A stretch of 64,000 bases of DNA. Origin: Alphaproteobacteria bacterium (GTDB lineage Bacteria > Pseudomonadota > Alphaproteobacteria > UBA828). A model generated the notes under the pieces. It did not search any database and had not been told where the DNA came from. It worked only from the letters and a program-made list of their open reading frames with translations. The stretch is from NCBI GenBank assembly GCA_965237415.1, contig CBDEFM010000001.1, positions 288,001 to 352,000 on the forward strand, in the 5' to 3' direction. Below, in pieces: positions 9,363-19,533 of the stretch. Numbering within the stretch: the stretch's first letter is position 1; each line of letters starts with the position of its first letter. The position numbers and the translations under genes are program-made.

Positions 9363-10334
9363 CTACTCGCGATGCTGTAAACGGGCGAGCTGCGCCGCCC
9401 CGCTTCGCCGCGCCAGGAGGCGCTCGCCGTAGCGGTTGACCATCGCCGTCGTCTTCCACCGTCCCGCGTGCAGGATGGCCGCCATGCCGATGCCTTCGGC
9501 GACCATGTCCTGCGCCGCCCCGACCCGTGTGCTGTGCCCGGAGATGCGCTCGACGACGTCGCCGGGCAATCCGGCACGCTCGGCCATGGCCTTGAAGATG
9601 CGCGGCACCTGGCTCGCATCGAGCCGCTCGCCGACCGCACCCCGGTTCAGCGAGCGGAAGAGCATGCCTTGGCACACGCCGCTTCGCTCGAGCCACTCGT
9701 GCACCAGCGCCACGCTGTCGCGCGCAAGATACGCCGTCGCGCCCCGGCCTTCGGCGTCCGTCTTGGAGCGGCGCACCAGCACCGTGGCCGCGCCGTCGCG
9801 TTCTTCAACGATATCCGTCACTTGCAGCGCGACGAGCTCGCCCCGGCGCAGCAGCGTGTCGTAGGCGACGGCCAGTAGCGCGCGGTTGCGCGCATCGATG
9901 AGCCCATCGCCCATGGCGTCGAGCAGGCGCTCGCGCAGCGCCCCGGTGAGCCCCTTGGCCTGCGCCTGACGCCGGCCCGTTCGCCGGTGCATGCGCTGCA
10001 GCGCGCGTCGCACCGGCTCGCGTTGCGTCGTCTTTCCCACCCCCATCGCCCGGTGCGCGGCGGCGATGCTCGCCACGTAGCGGCGCACCGTCGCGGGCGC
10101 GCGGACCCGGGCCATGGCGTCGACGAACGCGGCGAGGGTCTCGGCGCTCGCGGCCAGCGCCGGCTCACCGCGCTCGGTGCACCAGGCGGCGTAGATGGCG
10201 AGGTCGGAGCGCAGCGCCCGCTCGGTGTTGGCGCTCAGCGCCCCGCGCGCGGCCTTGGTGCAGGCGTCGAGCGTGTCCCGGTGAGTCTGGCCGTCGCTCT
10301 CGCGCGGCGGGTAGCGAACGGCGTCTACCAGCAT
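9363..10334 (-). CDS. Cre-like tyrosine recombinase
   Basis: RNRALLAVAYDTLLRRGEL, RSKTD, SGHSTRVGAAQDM, AGRWKTTAMVNRY (R-K-H-R-W-Y set with Trp as in Cre); GGAGG RBS before ATG 10334. Confidence 0.93.
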   Translation of the reverse strand: MLVDAVRYPPRESDGQTHRDTLDACTKAARGALSANTERALRSDLAIYAAWCTERGEPALAASAETLAAFVDAMARVRAPATVRRYVASIAAAHRAMGVGKTTQREPVRRALQRMHRRTGRRQAQAKGLTGALRERLLDAMGDGLIDARNRALLAVAYDTLLRRGELVALQVTDIVEERDGAATVLVRRSKTDAEGRGATAYLARDSVALVHEWLERSGVCQGMLFRSLNRGAVGERLDASQVPRIFKAMAERAGLPGDVVERISGHSTRVGAAQDMVAEGIGMAAILHAGRWKTTAMVNRYGERLLARRSGAAQLARLQHRE

Positions 10335-10371
10335 GGGGAAGCCTCCAGGTCCGTGGAATACGGCCCGGAGA

Positions 10372-10405
10372 TTGGCTCGCGATAACAACAGTTATCGCGA
10401 GCCAA
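10372..10405. other. lox-like recombination site B, inverted relative to site A
   Basis: TTGGCTCGCGATA-ACAACAGT-TATCGCGAGCCAA; exact reverse complement of 9035-9068. Confidence 0.88.
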
Positions 10406-10563
10406 ATCGAGTGCGGCGGGGCGACCGGTTCGGACGTGGGCGAAGACGAGGAGCCACGGGCGATGTCGGGGCCATGTCCGCCGTGTCTCGGCTGGGAAGG
10501 GGGACGTCGGGCGCTCGCGCGCGGCGCCTGCGGCGACGAAGGCAAGGCCGGGGAGATGGGTTC

Positions 10564-13500
10564 ATGGCGAGAGTGAGACAGGCAACCGCGTCACGCGGCC
10601 GCACGGGGGCGCCGGAAACCGCCTCGACGCAGTGGGGGGCGCGGTGTCGGCAGGAGAAGCGAGCGGCAATCGCGCCCGGGAAGACACCGGAGGCGGCACA
10701 TGCGTCGCGACGGGAGCCGGTAGCACCCGTCTCCCGGCGGCGAGACTGCCCGCCTAGACCTTCTCCCACCGCGCGGTCCCCGCGCGGGCTATCTTCCTCC
10801 CTACTCGCTTATTTCGCGGCCGTCCCGGCGGCGGCGCTGCGCTGCCTGTCCCCGGATCGGGGTCCGGGGCAAGCCCCGCGCGCGGTTTCCTCCCGGCGCC
10901 GCGGCCCGCCTGCCGCCGCGCTACGCGCCGGGGCGGGCATCGCCCTGCTGCTGCTCGCCATGCTGACCGCCCTGCCGGCCCAGGCGCAGACCGACACCAC
11001 GGCGCCGACGCTCGTCACGACCAGCGCTCGCGGACCCACAGTCATTAGCACTGGCTTATCTCTCTACTTGATTTACGACGAGAATCTGGACCACGACAAC
11101 CATCCACCGGTCAGCGCCTTCAGCGTCATGGTCGATAGCAGTCCGATCACGGTGACAAGCGTAGAGGAAAGAACAACTATCAGCTTGAGGCTGAATCTGT
11201 CCCCCACCATCCGCCAGGGCCAGACCGTCACGGTGAGCTACACCGATCCGAGCTCGAGCAACGACGCCAACGCAATCCAGGACGCGGCCGGCAACGACGC
11301 CGCCACCTTCGCGAACCAGGCGATACGCAACATATCCACCGTCACCGGCATCCCCGGCGCCCCGACGGGGCTGTCGGCGACGAAGATGGGCGCCACGCAG
11401 ATCGACCTTTCCTGGACCGCGCCGACGGACACCGGCGGTGCGGAAATCACCGGCTACAAGATCGAGTGGTCGGCCAACGGCAATGCCCCCTGGAATGAGC
11501 TGATCGCGGACACCGGCAACACGGACACGACGTATTCCGACACCGGGCTCGCCTCGAAGACCACGCGCCACTACCGGGTTTCGGCGAGAAATTCCTTCGA
11601 CCTCGGCCCCGGCCCCGCCTCGAACGTCGACGACGCCACCACCGACGACATCGTCGGGCCGGTGCTGGTGAGGGTGTCGATCAACGCGTCCGGCGATAAT
11701 GTAAGGTTTTTCTTTGACGAGGCGCTTGACCAGCGCTCAGGAAAAACCCCGCCGGAGAGCGCCTTCGAGGTGCTGGCCGATGGAGTCCGGGTAGCGACAG
11801 ACGGTTTCGACGCGGTTTCGGAACCCCACCGTATTGTGCTCGTAACTACCGCCCCGACCATCAAGCAGGGCCAGACGGTCGTCGTCACCTACACCGACCC
11901 GAGCACGGGCAACGATCCCGTCGCCATCCAGGACCTGGCGGGCAACGACGCGGCGACCTTCACCACCGGCGTGTCGGGCGTCCCCGCGGTCGTCAACAGT
12001 TCCAACGTCGCGAATCCCGCCCCGGACGCGCCGACGGGGCTGACGGCGACGAAGATGGGCGGCACGCAGATCGACCTTTCCTGGACGGAGCCGGCGGACC
12101 CTGGCGATGCGGTAATCACGGGCTACTGGATCGAGGTCTCGGATACCGGCGCTACCGGCCCCTGGACCGAGCTGATCGCGGACACCGGCAACACGGACAA
12201 GACGTATTCCGACACCGGGCTCGCCTCGGAAACCACGCGCCACTACCGGGTTCGGGCGATCAATTCCTTCGGCCCCGGCCCCGCCTCGAACATCGACTCT
12301 GCCACCACCGACGACATCGTCGCGCCGGAGCTGGTGAGGGTGTCGATCAACGCGTTCGGCGATAATGTAAGGTTTTTCTTTGACGGGGCGCTTGACCAGC
12401 GCTCAGGAAAGACCCCGCCGGAGAGCGCCTTCGAGGTGCTGGCCGATGGAGTCCGGGTAGCGACAGACGGTTTCGACGCGGTTTCGGAACCCCACCGTAT
12501 TGTGCTCGTAACTACCGCCCCGACCATCAAGCAGGGCCAAACGGTCGTCGTTACCTACACCGACCCGAGCACGGGCAACGATGCCGCCGCCATCCAGGAT
12601 GCCGCCGGCAACGACGTGGCGACATTCACCACCGGAAAGGCGGGCGTCCCCGCGGTCGTCAACAGTTCCAATCAACCCGGCGTGAAGATATCCAAGACGG
12701 AACTGAGCATCGACGAAGGCGGCACCGGCACCTACACGGTGGCGCTCTATTCGCAGCCGACGGCGACGGTGACGGTCACGCCGTCGCGCACCAGCGGCGA
12801 TGCGGACATCACCGTGAGCGGCGGCCCCCTCACCTTCACCACGACGACCTGGAATGTGGCGCAGACGGTGACGGTACGCGCGGCCGAGGATGCGGATTTG
12901 GTTCGCGATACGGCCGTGATCGGCCACGCGGTGAGCGGCGGCAACTACGCCTCGGTCATGGCCGCTTCGGTGACCGTCACCGCGGCTGACAACGATGCGT
13001 CCAACGAGCCTGCCACCGGCAAGCCGACGATTTCAGGGACGGCGCAGGTCGGCCAGACGCTGACCGCGGCGAAGGGCAACATCAACGACCCAAACGGGCT
13101 GACCAAGGCCGACAACGACGAGACGGGCTTCGCCTACACCTACCAGTGGATCCGGGTGGATTCCGACGGCACGTCGAACCCGATGAATGTCGGGACCTCG
13201 AGCACCTACACGCTGGCGGCGTTGGACGAGGACAAGAAGATCAAGGTGGAAGTGAGCTTCCACGACGACAATGGCCACGCGGAGACGCGGACGAGCGACG
13301 CGTATCCGTCCGCGGACACGGTCCTGCCCTCTTCGGCGGTGAGCCTGTTGCTGTCGCCTGCATCGATCCGCGAGAACGGCGGCAGTGCCAGGATCAGGGC
13401 AAGGCTGAACGTGGCGTCGAGTGCCGAGACGACGGTCACGGTATCGGTCGAGCCGGTCCCGCCGGCGGTCGCCGGGGACTACGCGCTGAGCGCCAACACG

Positions 13501-16500
13501 GTGCTGAGGATTGCCGCCGGGCGGACCTTCAGCACGGGCCTGGTGACGCTGACGGCGGTGAACAACGATGTGGACGCGGACGACAAGACGGTCATCATCC
13601 TGGGCGATGCGGAGAACAGCGCGGGCGTTGGCGGTCCGGCCGAGGAGACGCTGACGATCGCGGACGACGATCGGGGCGTGCGGCTGGGCACGCGGTCGCT
13701 CGCGATCGATGAGGGCCGCAGCAAGGGCTACACGGTGGTGTTGGGGTCGCGGCCCACGGGGACGGTGACGGTGACGCCGCAGGTTCCGCCCGGCATGGTG
13801 ACGGTGTCGGGGCCGCTCCGGTTCACGCCGAGCACATGGGACGAGCCGCAGACGGTGACGGTGACGGCGGGCCAGGACGAGGACGAGGAGGACGAGTCGG
13901 TCCAGGTGACGCACGTTGTGTCGGGCGCGGATTACGGCGGCGTGACCGCGGACATCGTGCGGGTCACGGTGAGCGACGACGACGGCGGCACGGGCGTGCT
14001 GGAGGTGGGTGTGTATGACGGCTCGGACGGGGCCGGCGTCAAGGACCCGCCGCCGCAGGTGCATTTCGGGCAGCCGTTCAGGCTCGACCTGGTGTGGTCG
14101 CATCTGCGGACGAAGCATTGGGACAATCCGGAGTACGCGATCGGGCCGACCCGGGCGATCCGGGCGGTCGGCGGGACGGTGCGTGCGGTGCGGGGCCGGT
14201 TCAGCCCGCCCAGTAAGGGGGACCACGGCTGGGACCAGGCGCGCCTGACGCTCGAGGTCACGCCCGAGGCGAGCGACGGCAGCGACGACGTGACGCTGGT
14301 CCTGGAGCCGATGGATTGCAGCAGCAATGACGCGCGAGCGCTGTGCGCCTTCGCCAGCATCGGGAAGTGGACCGGCCTGGCGAAACGGGTGCGCTTCACG
14401 GTGCGCGGTATCACCGGTCCGCCGGAGGTGGCGCCGGCGGAGCTGGACCTGACGGTGACCCCGCAGGAGCGGCGCGGCACGGATATGTTCCTGGTGAGCT
14501 TCGACGCCGACGAGGAGGGGACGCGCTTCCGGCTGCAGACGCAGGCGGCCGGCGGGGATTGGACGAGAACGCGCGAGTGGACCGGGGCGATGCGCTCGGA
14601 GAACCAGCATCGGGTGACGGTCGACGGGGTGTCGCACGATGACGCCTACGAGTTCCGGGTGCGCTGGGAGAACCGCTTCGGGCCGGGGCCGTGGGCGCAA
14701 GCGAGCACGGCCGGCGCGGCGCCGGCGGCGCCGACAAGGCTCACGCTCACGGCGATGTACGACGCCAAGAGCCTGGCGCTCGCCTGGACCCCGGCGGCAG
14801 GCGGGGTGCGGATCGACCGCTTCCAGTACCGGATCGAGCGAATCCGTAGCGAGGAGCTGGTTATCCTTTCGGACACGGGGCCGATTCAATATTTGGGCAA
14901 TTGGATCGACATTCCGAACAGCGGAACGGGCGGCGCGAACCACCGTTCGTGGACGATCGGGGGGCTTGCGAACATATGGGCCGCCAGGATCCGGGTGCGC
15001 GCGGTGAGCGCGTCGGGCCGCGCGGGCGCGGCCTCGGCGGAAGCGGTGGCGGCGGTCGACGTGCCGCGGGTGGTGGACATCTCGATGGCGTCGGACCCCG
15101 GTGCCGACGGGTACTACACGTACGGAAACAGGATCGGGATCAACGTGAGGTTGAGCCGTCCGGTCCGCATCCCGGGTAACGATCGGGGACCGTCGCTGGA
15201 GGTCGAGATCGGAAGCCGCGTGTACAGCCTGGGGCTGGTGTCGATGCGGCAGTCGGTGGCGCATGAACTGATCGGACAGGCGCCGTTGTCGGGCGACGTG
15301 CTGTTCTTCGAGCACAGCCTTGGTACGGGTGACGTGGACCACAACGGGATCCGGGTGCCGGCCGGCGCGCTCAAAGGCAATGGCGGGCGGCTGCTCGACC
15401 TGACACCCGCGGGAGAAGACCAGGTGGCGGACCTCGCCGTGAGCACGGCAAAAACCTTCCCGGCGCACAAGGTGAACACGGTCCCGCCGGGCATCGTGCG
15501 CATGACCTGGCAGCAGAACCTGGACACGAAGGGCGTGGTGCGGGGCGCCGAGGTGCGCATCCACTACGACCGCGACCTCGACCCGGATTCGAGGCTGGAT
15601 CCCGGCAGGGTCCAGTACCGGGTGGCGTATTCGGAGTCGCGGGCGCTCGGCCGCAGCGTGACGGGACTGAGCATCGGCGACGCCACCGACGACGGGATCG
15701 ACAACCCCCGGACGGTGCGGCTGGTGCTGGCGCCGGTGGTCCACGATCCGAGCACCAACCCGCGCAACAGCCCGACGCCGCCCGAGACCGTGACGGTGAC
15801 CTATTCGGGAATGAAAGTGAGCGGGAACACCGGGCGGCGATACGGCCCCTTCGATACGCTGGGGAACCCCCTCGCGGGCTTCACCCGGGCGGCGGAGCAC
15901 CTGACCGCGACGCAGGCAGCGTTGGCGGCGGAGTTCCGAAACGTACCGCCCGAGCACAACAGCCCGTTCACCTTCGAGGTGCATTTCAGCGAGGAGGTCG
16001 CGCTCACCGAAGAGATGCTGCTGAACTCGGTCTTCACGGTGACCAACGGCACGGTGTCGGCCGCGCGGCGGCTCAATCCGCCGAGCAACATCGCCTGGGA
16101 GATCACGGTCGATTCGATCACCGAGGAGGCGGTGACGGTGGTGCTGCCGGAGACCACGGACTGCACCGTGGCGGGCGCGATCTGCACCTGGGACGAGCGC
16201 CCGCTCTCGGCGGAGATTTCGGCGACGGTGGCCGGCCCGCAGATCGTGGCGACGAGCGTGGTGACGAGCGCGGCGGTGACCAACGGTCCCGGAGACAATG
16301 GCACCTGGGACACCGGCGAAACCGTCGAGGCCGAGGTGCGCTTCAGCGCGCCGGTGACGGTGGTGGCGCCTCCGGGCTCCGGGCCGATCCTCGCCATCCT
16401 GCTCGACGGCACGCGCCGCGAGGCGGCGTACACCGGCGGTTCAGGCACCGACACGCTGCGCTTCAGCTACACGGTTGCGGAAGCGGACAACGGAGCCCGG

Positions 16501-19500
16501 AAGGCGCGCGTTGCCCCGAACGGGCTCGCGCTCAACGGAACGACCATCGGAGACAGTGAAGGCGTCGCGGCCGATATCGGTTTCTCTACCGCGCCGTATG
16601 TGACGGCTGTCGAACTCGCGGCGGATGGCTCGGGGGACGGGATCTGGACCCCAGGCGAGACTATTGCCGCCCGCCTCACCTTCAGCGAGGCGGTGACGGT
16701 GGCGGGCGGCACGCCGTATCTCTGGATCACGGTCGCAGGGATGCCGGGCGCGCTCGGCTACGCGTCCGGATCGGGAAGCGACACGCTGGTCTTCTCCATA
16801 GAGGTGCCGGGCGGGAGCCTCTCCGAAATCGAGGTGACGGCGGACAGTCTCAACGCCAACGGCGCGGCCATCGTGTCGCAGGCGAGCGGCATCGCGGCGG
16901 AGCTCGGCCATGACGGCACGGCGCCGGAGGCGGCGCCGGAGAACGCGGGCGCCACCGCGCTGACGGCGGCGTTCGCGGAGCTGCCGGAGAGCCACGGCGG
17001 CGCGGCGTTCACCTTCGAGCTCCGCTTCAGCGAGGCGTTCCCGATCGGCTACGAGACGATGCGCGACGATGCGTTCACGGTGACGAACGGGCGTGTGACC
17101 GGGGCGCGACGCCTCGACAATCCGCACCGCGAGTCCGTGCGCATGGAACCCAACCGGGTATGGGAGATCACCGTCGAGCCCGACACGGACGCCGGAGACG
17201 TCTCGATTGCGCTGCCTGAAACGACCGACTGCACCGCGGCCGGCGCGGTCTGCACCGGGGACAACCGCCCGCTCACGGCGGAGATTTCGGCGACGGTGGC
17301 CGGCCCGGCGCAGGCGGTGACGCCCCCGCCGCCGGGCTTCCGGGTCCGCTTCGAGGACTTCCCGTCGGAGCATGACGGGACCAGCGCGGTCGTCTTCAAG
17401 GTGATGTTCAACAAGAAGCCGGCGAACTACAGCTACCGCACGATGCGCGACAACACGCTCCTCGCCCGGCAGGGGAGCCAAGCGGTCACGCCCAAGCGGG
17501 CCAAACGCCTCAACGCACCGCACAGCGACCAGTGGCGGATCACGATCGAGCCGGCCTCCAAGGCGGACATGCACGTCGAGATCCGCCACACCACGGCGTG
17601 CACCGAAACGGGCGCGGTGTGCACGGCGGAGAACGAACAGCTCTCGAACCGGCTCTCGAAGACGATCCTCGGCCCTCCGGGGCTCGCGGTGGCGGACGCG
17701 CGGGTGGAGGAAGCGGCGAACGCGACGGTGGACTTCGCGGTGACGCTCAGCCGCGCGTCATCGTCGACGGTGACGGTGGACTATGCGACCTCGGACGGCA
17801 CGGCGACGGCGGGCAGCGACTACACGGCGACGTCGGGGACGCTGACCTTCGCGCCGGGCGACACGGCGAAGACGGTGTCGGTGCCGGTGCTGGACGACGC
17901 CCATGACGAGGACCATGAGACGTTCACGCTGACGCTCTCCAACCCCTCGGGCGGCAACGCCTGGCTCTCCGACGCCACGGCGACGGGCACGATCGAGAAC
18001 ACCGACAAGATGCCGCAGGCGTGGCTGGCGCGCTTCGGGCGCACGGTGGCCGACCAGGTGATCGACGCGGTGCAGGGCCGCATTCAGGCGCAGCCGAGTC
18101 CCGGGGTCGCGGTGAGTCTCGCGGGCCAGGCGATCGGCGCCAACGGATCGTTGTCCGGGGCCGGTTCCGCGGAGCCGGACGGTGCGGACGCGCGGGCGAC
18201 GCTGGCCGAGGAGACCGAGGCCCGGTCGCGGCTGGAGACGATGTCGAACTGGCTGCAGGGCGAGAATGAGGAGGATGGCAGTCGGGCCGGGTTCCAGTCA
18301 CGCAGCGTGACGGAACGCGACCTGCTGACCGGGACGTCGTTCTCGCTGACCGGCGAGGCCGCGGCGGGCGGCGGCTACGCGTCGCTGTGGGGCCGGGGCG
18401 CGGTCTCGCGCTTCGACGGCCGCGACGGCGATCTCACGCTCGACGGCGAGGTGACGAGCGCGATGCTCGGGGCGGACTGGACGCGCGATGCGTGGACCGC
18501 CGGGCTTCTGGTGTCGCATTCGCGCGGCGACGGCAGCTACCGGGGCGAGGGCGAGGGCAAGGTCGAGAGCGCGCTGACCGGGCTCTATCCCTATGGGCGC
18601 TATGCGGTGAGCGACCGCGTGACGGTCTGGGGCGTGGCCGGCTACGGGTCGGGCACGCTCACGCTGACGCCGAAGAACCCGGTGGAGGGCGAGGACGACA
18701 GGCCGATCGAGACCGATATGAGCCTGACGATGGGCGCGGTGGGCGTGCGCGGGGTGATGATTGAGGCGCCGGCCGAAGGCGGCCCGGAGCTCGCGGTCAA
18801 GTCCGACGCGATGATGGTGCGCACGAGCTCGGAGGCGGCAAGCGGCAGCGGCGGCAATCTCGCGGCGGCGGACGCCGATGTGACCCGTCTGCGTCTCGGG
18901 CTTGAGGGAACCTGGCGCGGCATCGAGGCCGGCGGCGGGGAACTGACGCCGCGTCTCGAGGTGGGCGTGCGCCATGACGGCGGCGACGCCGAGACCGGCT
19001 TCGGCCTCGACCTCGGTGGCGGGCTTGCCTGGTCGCATCCGGCGAGCGGGATATCGGCCGAGCTCAGCGGGCGCGGCTTGCTGACCCACGAGGCCGGCGG
19101 CTTCCGCGACCGTGGTATCTCGGGCTCGCTCGGCTGGGATCCGCGGCCGGAGACCGGGCGCGGGGTGAGCCTCACGCTGACCCAGACGCTGGGTGCGTCG
19201 GCCTCGGGCGGCATGGACGCGCTCTTGTCGCGCGGCACCCTGGCGGATCTGGCGGCCAACGACGACGGGGCGGACGATCTGCAGCGCCGCCGTCTGGAGC
19301 TCCGGCTCGGCTACGGCGTCTCCGCCTTCGGGGACCGGTTCACGGCGACGCCGGAGATCGGGCTCGGCCTGTCGGACAGCGCGCGCGACTACAGCCTCGG
19401 CTGGCGGCTCGGTCTCGACCGGTCCGGGGCGAACGCGCTCGAACTCCGGATCGAGGCGACGCGGCGCGAGAGCGCCAACGACAACGCGGACCCGGAGCAC

Positions 19501-19533
19501 GGCATCGGGTTCAAGCTGACGGCGAGCTGGTGA
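10564..19533 (+). CDS. Giant autotransporter adhesin (SwmB-like, FN3, Calx-beta/Ig-like repeats, C-terminal beta-barrel)
   Basis: ~2990 aa; signal-like ALLLLAMLTALPAQAQ; YTDPS..ND..AIQDAAGNDAATF repeats; PTGLSA..IDLSW..YRVRA.N FN3; VDYATSDGTATAGSDY Calx-beta; WLARFGRTVA linker; terminal W. Start uncertain (frame open from 10333). Confidence 0.92.
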   Translation: MARVRQATASRGRTGAPETASTQWGARCRQEKRAAIAPGKTPEAAHASRREPVAPVSRRRDCPPRPSPTARSPRGLSSSLLAYFAAVPAAALRCLSPDRGPGQAPRAVSSRRRGPPAAALRAGAGIALLLLAMLTALPAQAQTDTTAPTLVTTSARGPTVISTGLSLYLIYDENLDHDNHPPVSAFSVMVDSSPITVTSVEERTTISLRLNLSPTIRQGQTVTVSYTDPSSSNDANAIQDAAGNDAATFANQAIRNISTVTGIPGAPTGLSATKMGATQIDLSWTAPTDTGGAEITGYKIEWSANGNAPWNELIADTGNTDTTYSDTGLASKTTRHYRVSARNSFDLGPGPASNVDDATTDDIVGPVLVRVSINASGDNVRFFFDEALDQRSGKTPPESAFEVLADGVRVATDGFDAVSEPHRIVLVTTAPTIKQGQTVVVTYTDPSTGNDPVAIQDLAGNDAATFTTGVSGVPAVVNSSNVANPAPDAPTGLTATKMGGTQIDLSWTEPADPGDAVITGYWIEVSDTGATGPWTELIADTGNTDKTYSDTGLASETTRHYRVRAINSFGPGPASNIDSATTDDIVAPELVRVSINAFGDNVRFFFDGALDQRSGKTPPESAFEVLADGVRVATDGFDAVSEPHRIVLVTTAPTIKQGQTVVVTYTDPSTGNDAAAIQDAAGNDVATFTTGKAGVPAVVNSSNQPGVKISKTELSIDEGGTGTYTVALYSQPTATVTVTPSRTSGDADITVSGGPLTFTTTTWNVAQTVTVRAAEDADLVRDTAVIGHAVSGGNYASVMAASVTVTAADNDASNEPATGKPTISGTAQVGQTLTAAKGNINDPNGLTKADNDETGFAYTYQWIRVDSDGTSNPMNVGTSSTYTLAALDEDKKIKVEVSFHDDNGHAETRTSDAYPSADTVLPSSAVSLLLSPASIRENGGSARIRARLNVASSAETTVTVSVEPVPPAVAGDYALSANTVLRIAAGRTFSTGLVTLTAVNNDVDADDKTVIILGDAENSAGVGGPAEETLTIADDDRGVRLGTRSLAIDEGRSKGYTVVLGSRPTGTVTVTPQVPPGMVTVSGPLRFTPSTWDEPQTVTVTAGQDEDEEDESVQVTHVVSGADYGGVTADIVRVTVSDDDGGTGVLEVGVYDGSDGAGVKDPPPQVHFGQPFRLDLVWSHLRTKHWDNPEYAIGPTRAIRAVGGTVRAVRGRFSPPSKGDHGWDQARLTLEVTPEASDGSDDVTLVLEPMDCSSNDARALCAFASIGKWTGLAKRVRFTVRGITGPPEVAPAELDLTVTPQERRGTDMFLVSFDADEEGTRFRLQTQAAGGDWTRTREWTGAMRSENQHRVTVDGVSHDDAYEFRVRWENRFGPGPWAQASTAGAAPAAPTRLTLTAMYDAKSLALAWTPAAGGVRIDRFQYRIERIRSEELVILSDTGPIQYLGNWIDIPNSGTGGANHRSWTIGGLANIWAARIRVRAVSASGRAGAASAEAVAAVDVPRVVDISMASDPGADGYYTYGNRIGINVRLSRPVRIPGNDRGPSLEVEIGSRVYSLGLVSMRQSVAHELIGQAPLSGDVLFFEHSLGTGDVDHNGIRVPAGALKGNGGRLLDLTPAGEDQVADLAVSTAKTFPAHKVNTVPPGIVRMTWQQNLDTKGVVRGAEVRIHYDRDLDPDSRLDPGRVQYRVAYSESRALGRSVTGLSIGDATDDGIDNPRTVRLVLAPVVHDPSTNPRNSPTPPETVTVTYSGMKVSGNTGRRYGPFDTLGNPLAGFTRAAEHLTATQAALAAEFRNVPPEHNSPFTFEVHFSEEVALTEEMLLNSVFTVTNGTVSAARRLNPPSNIAWEITVDSITEEAVTVVLPETTDCTVAGAICTWDERPLSAEISATVAGPQIVATSVVTSAAVTNGPGDNGTWDTGETVEAEVRFSAPVTVVAPPGSGPILAILLDGTRREAAYTGGSGTDTLRFSYTVAEADNGARKARVAPNGLALNGTTIGDSEGVAADIGFSTAPYVTAVELAADGSGDGIWTPGETIAARLTFSEAVTVAGGTPYLWITVAGMPGALGYASGSGSDTLVFSIEVPGGSLSEIEVTADSLNANGAAIVSQASGIAAELGHDGTAPEAAPENAGATALTAAFAELPESHGGAAFTFELRFSEAFPIGYETMRDDAFTVTNGRVTGARRLDNPHRESVRMEPNRVWEITVEPDTDAGDVSIALPETTDCTAAGAVCTGDNRPLTAEISATVAGPAQAVTPPPPGFRVRFEDFPSEHDGTSAVVFKVMFNKKPANYSYRTMRDNTLLARQGSQAVTPKRAKRLNAPHSDQWRITIEPASKADMHVEIRHTTACTETGAVCTAENEQLSNRLSKTILGPPGLAVADARVEEAANATVDFAVTLSRASSSTVTVDYATSDGTATAGSDYTATSGTLTFAPGDTAKTVSVPVLDDAHDEDHETFTLTLSNPSGGNAWLSDATATGTIENTDKMPQAWLARFGRTVADQVIDAVQGRIQAQPSPGVAVSLAGQAIGANGSLSGAGSAEPDGADARATLAEETEARSRLETMSNWLQGENEEDGSRAGFQSRSVTERDLLTGTSFSLTGEAAAGGGYASLWGRGAVSRFDGRDGDLTLDGEVTSAMLGADWTRDAWTAGLLVSHSRGDGSYRGEGEGKVESALTGLYPYGRYAVSDRVTVWGVAGYGSGTLTLTPKNPVEGEDDRPIETDMSLTMGAVGVRGVMIEAPAEGGPELAVKSDAMMVRTSSEAASGSGGNLAAADADVTRLRLGLEGTWRGIEAGGGELTPRLEVGVRHDGGDAETGFGLDLGGGLAWSHPASGISAELSGRGLLTHEAGGFRDRGISGSLGWDPRPETGRGVSLTLTQTLGASASGGMDALLSRGTLADLAANDDGADDLQRRRLELRLGYGVSAFGDRFTATPEIGLGLSDSARDYSLGWRLGLDRSGANALELRIEATRRESANDNADPEHGIGFKLTASW
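11350..12672 (+). repeat. Intragenic tandem duplication of an FN3+SwmB-like unit (~666 bp)
   Basis: 11640-11905 matches 12306-12571 at offset 666 with few substitutions. Confidence 0.9.

Noticed and set aside
13033-15984. Long antisense ORFs (also 25288-27855, 41783-44908 and others)
   Set aside because: Shadow frames of real high-GC genes
10564-19533. Diversity-generating retroelement acting on the adhesin
   Set aside because: No reverse transcriptase in the window, and repeat differences are not adenine-specific
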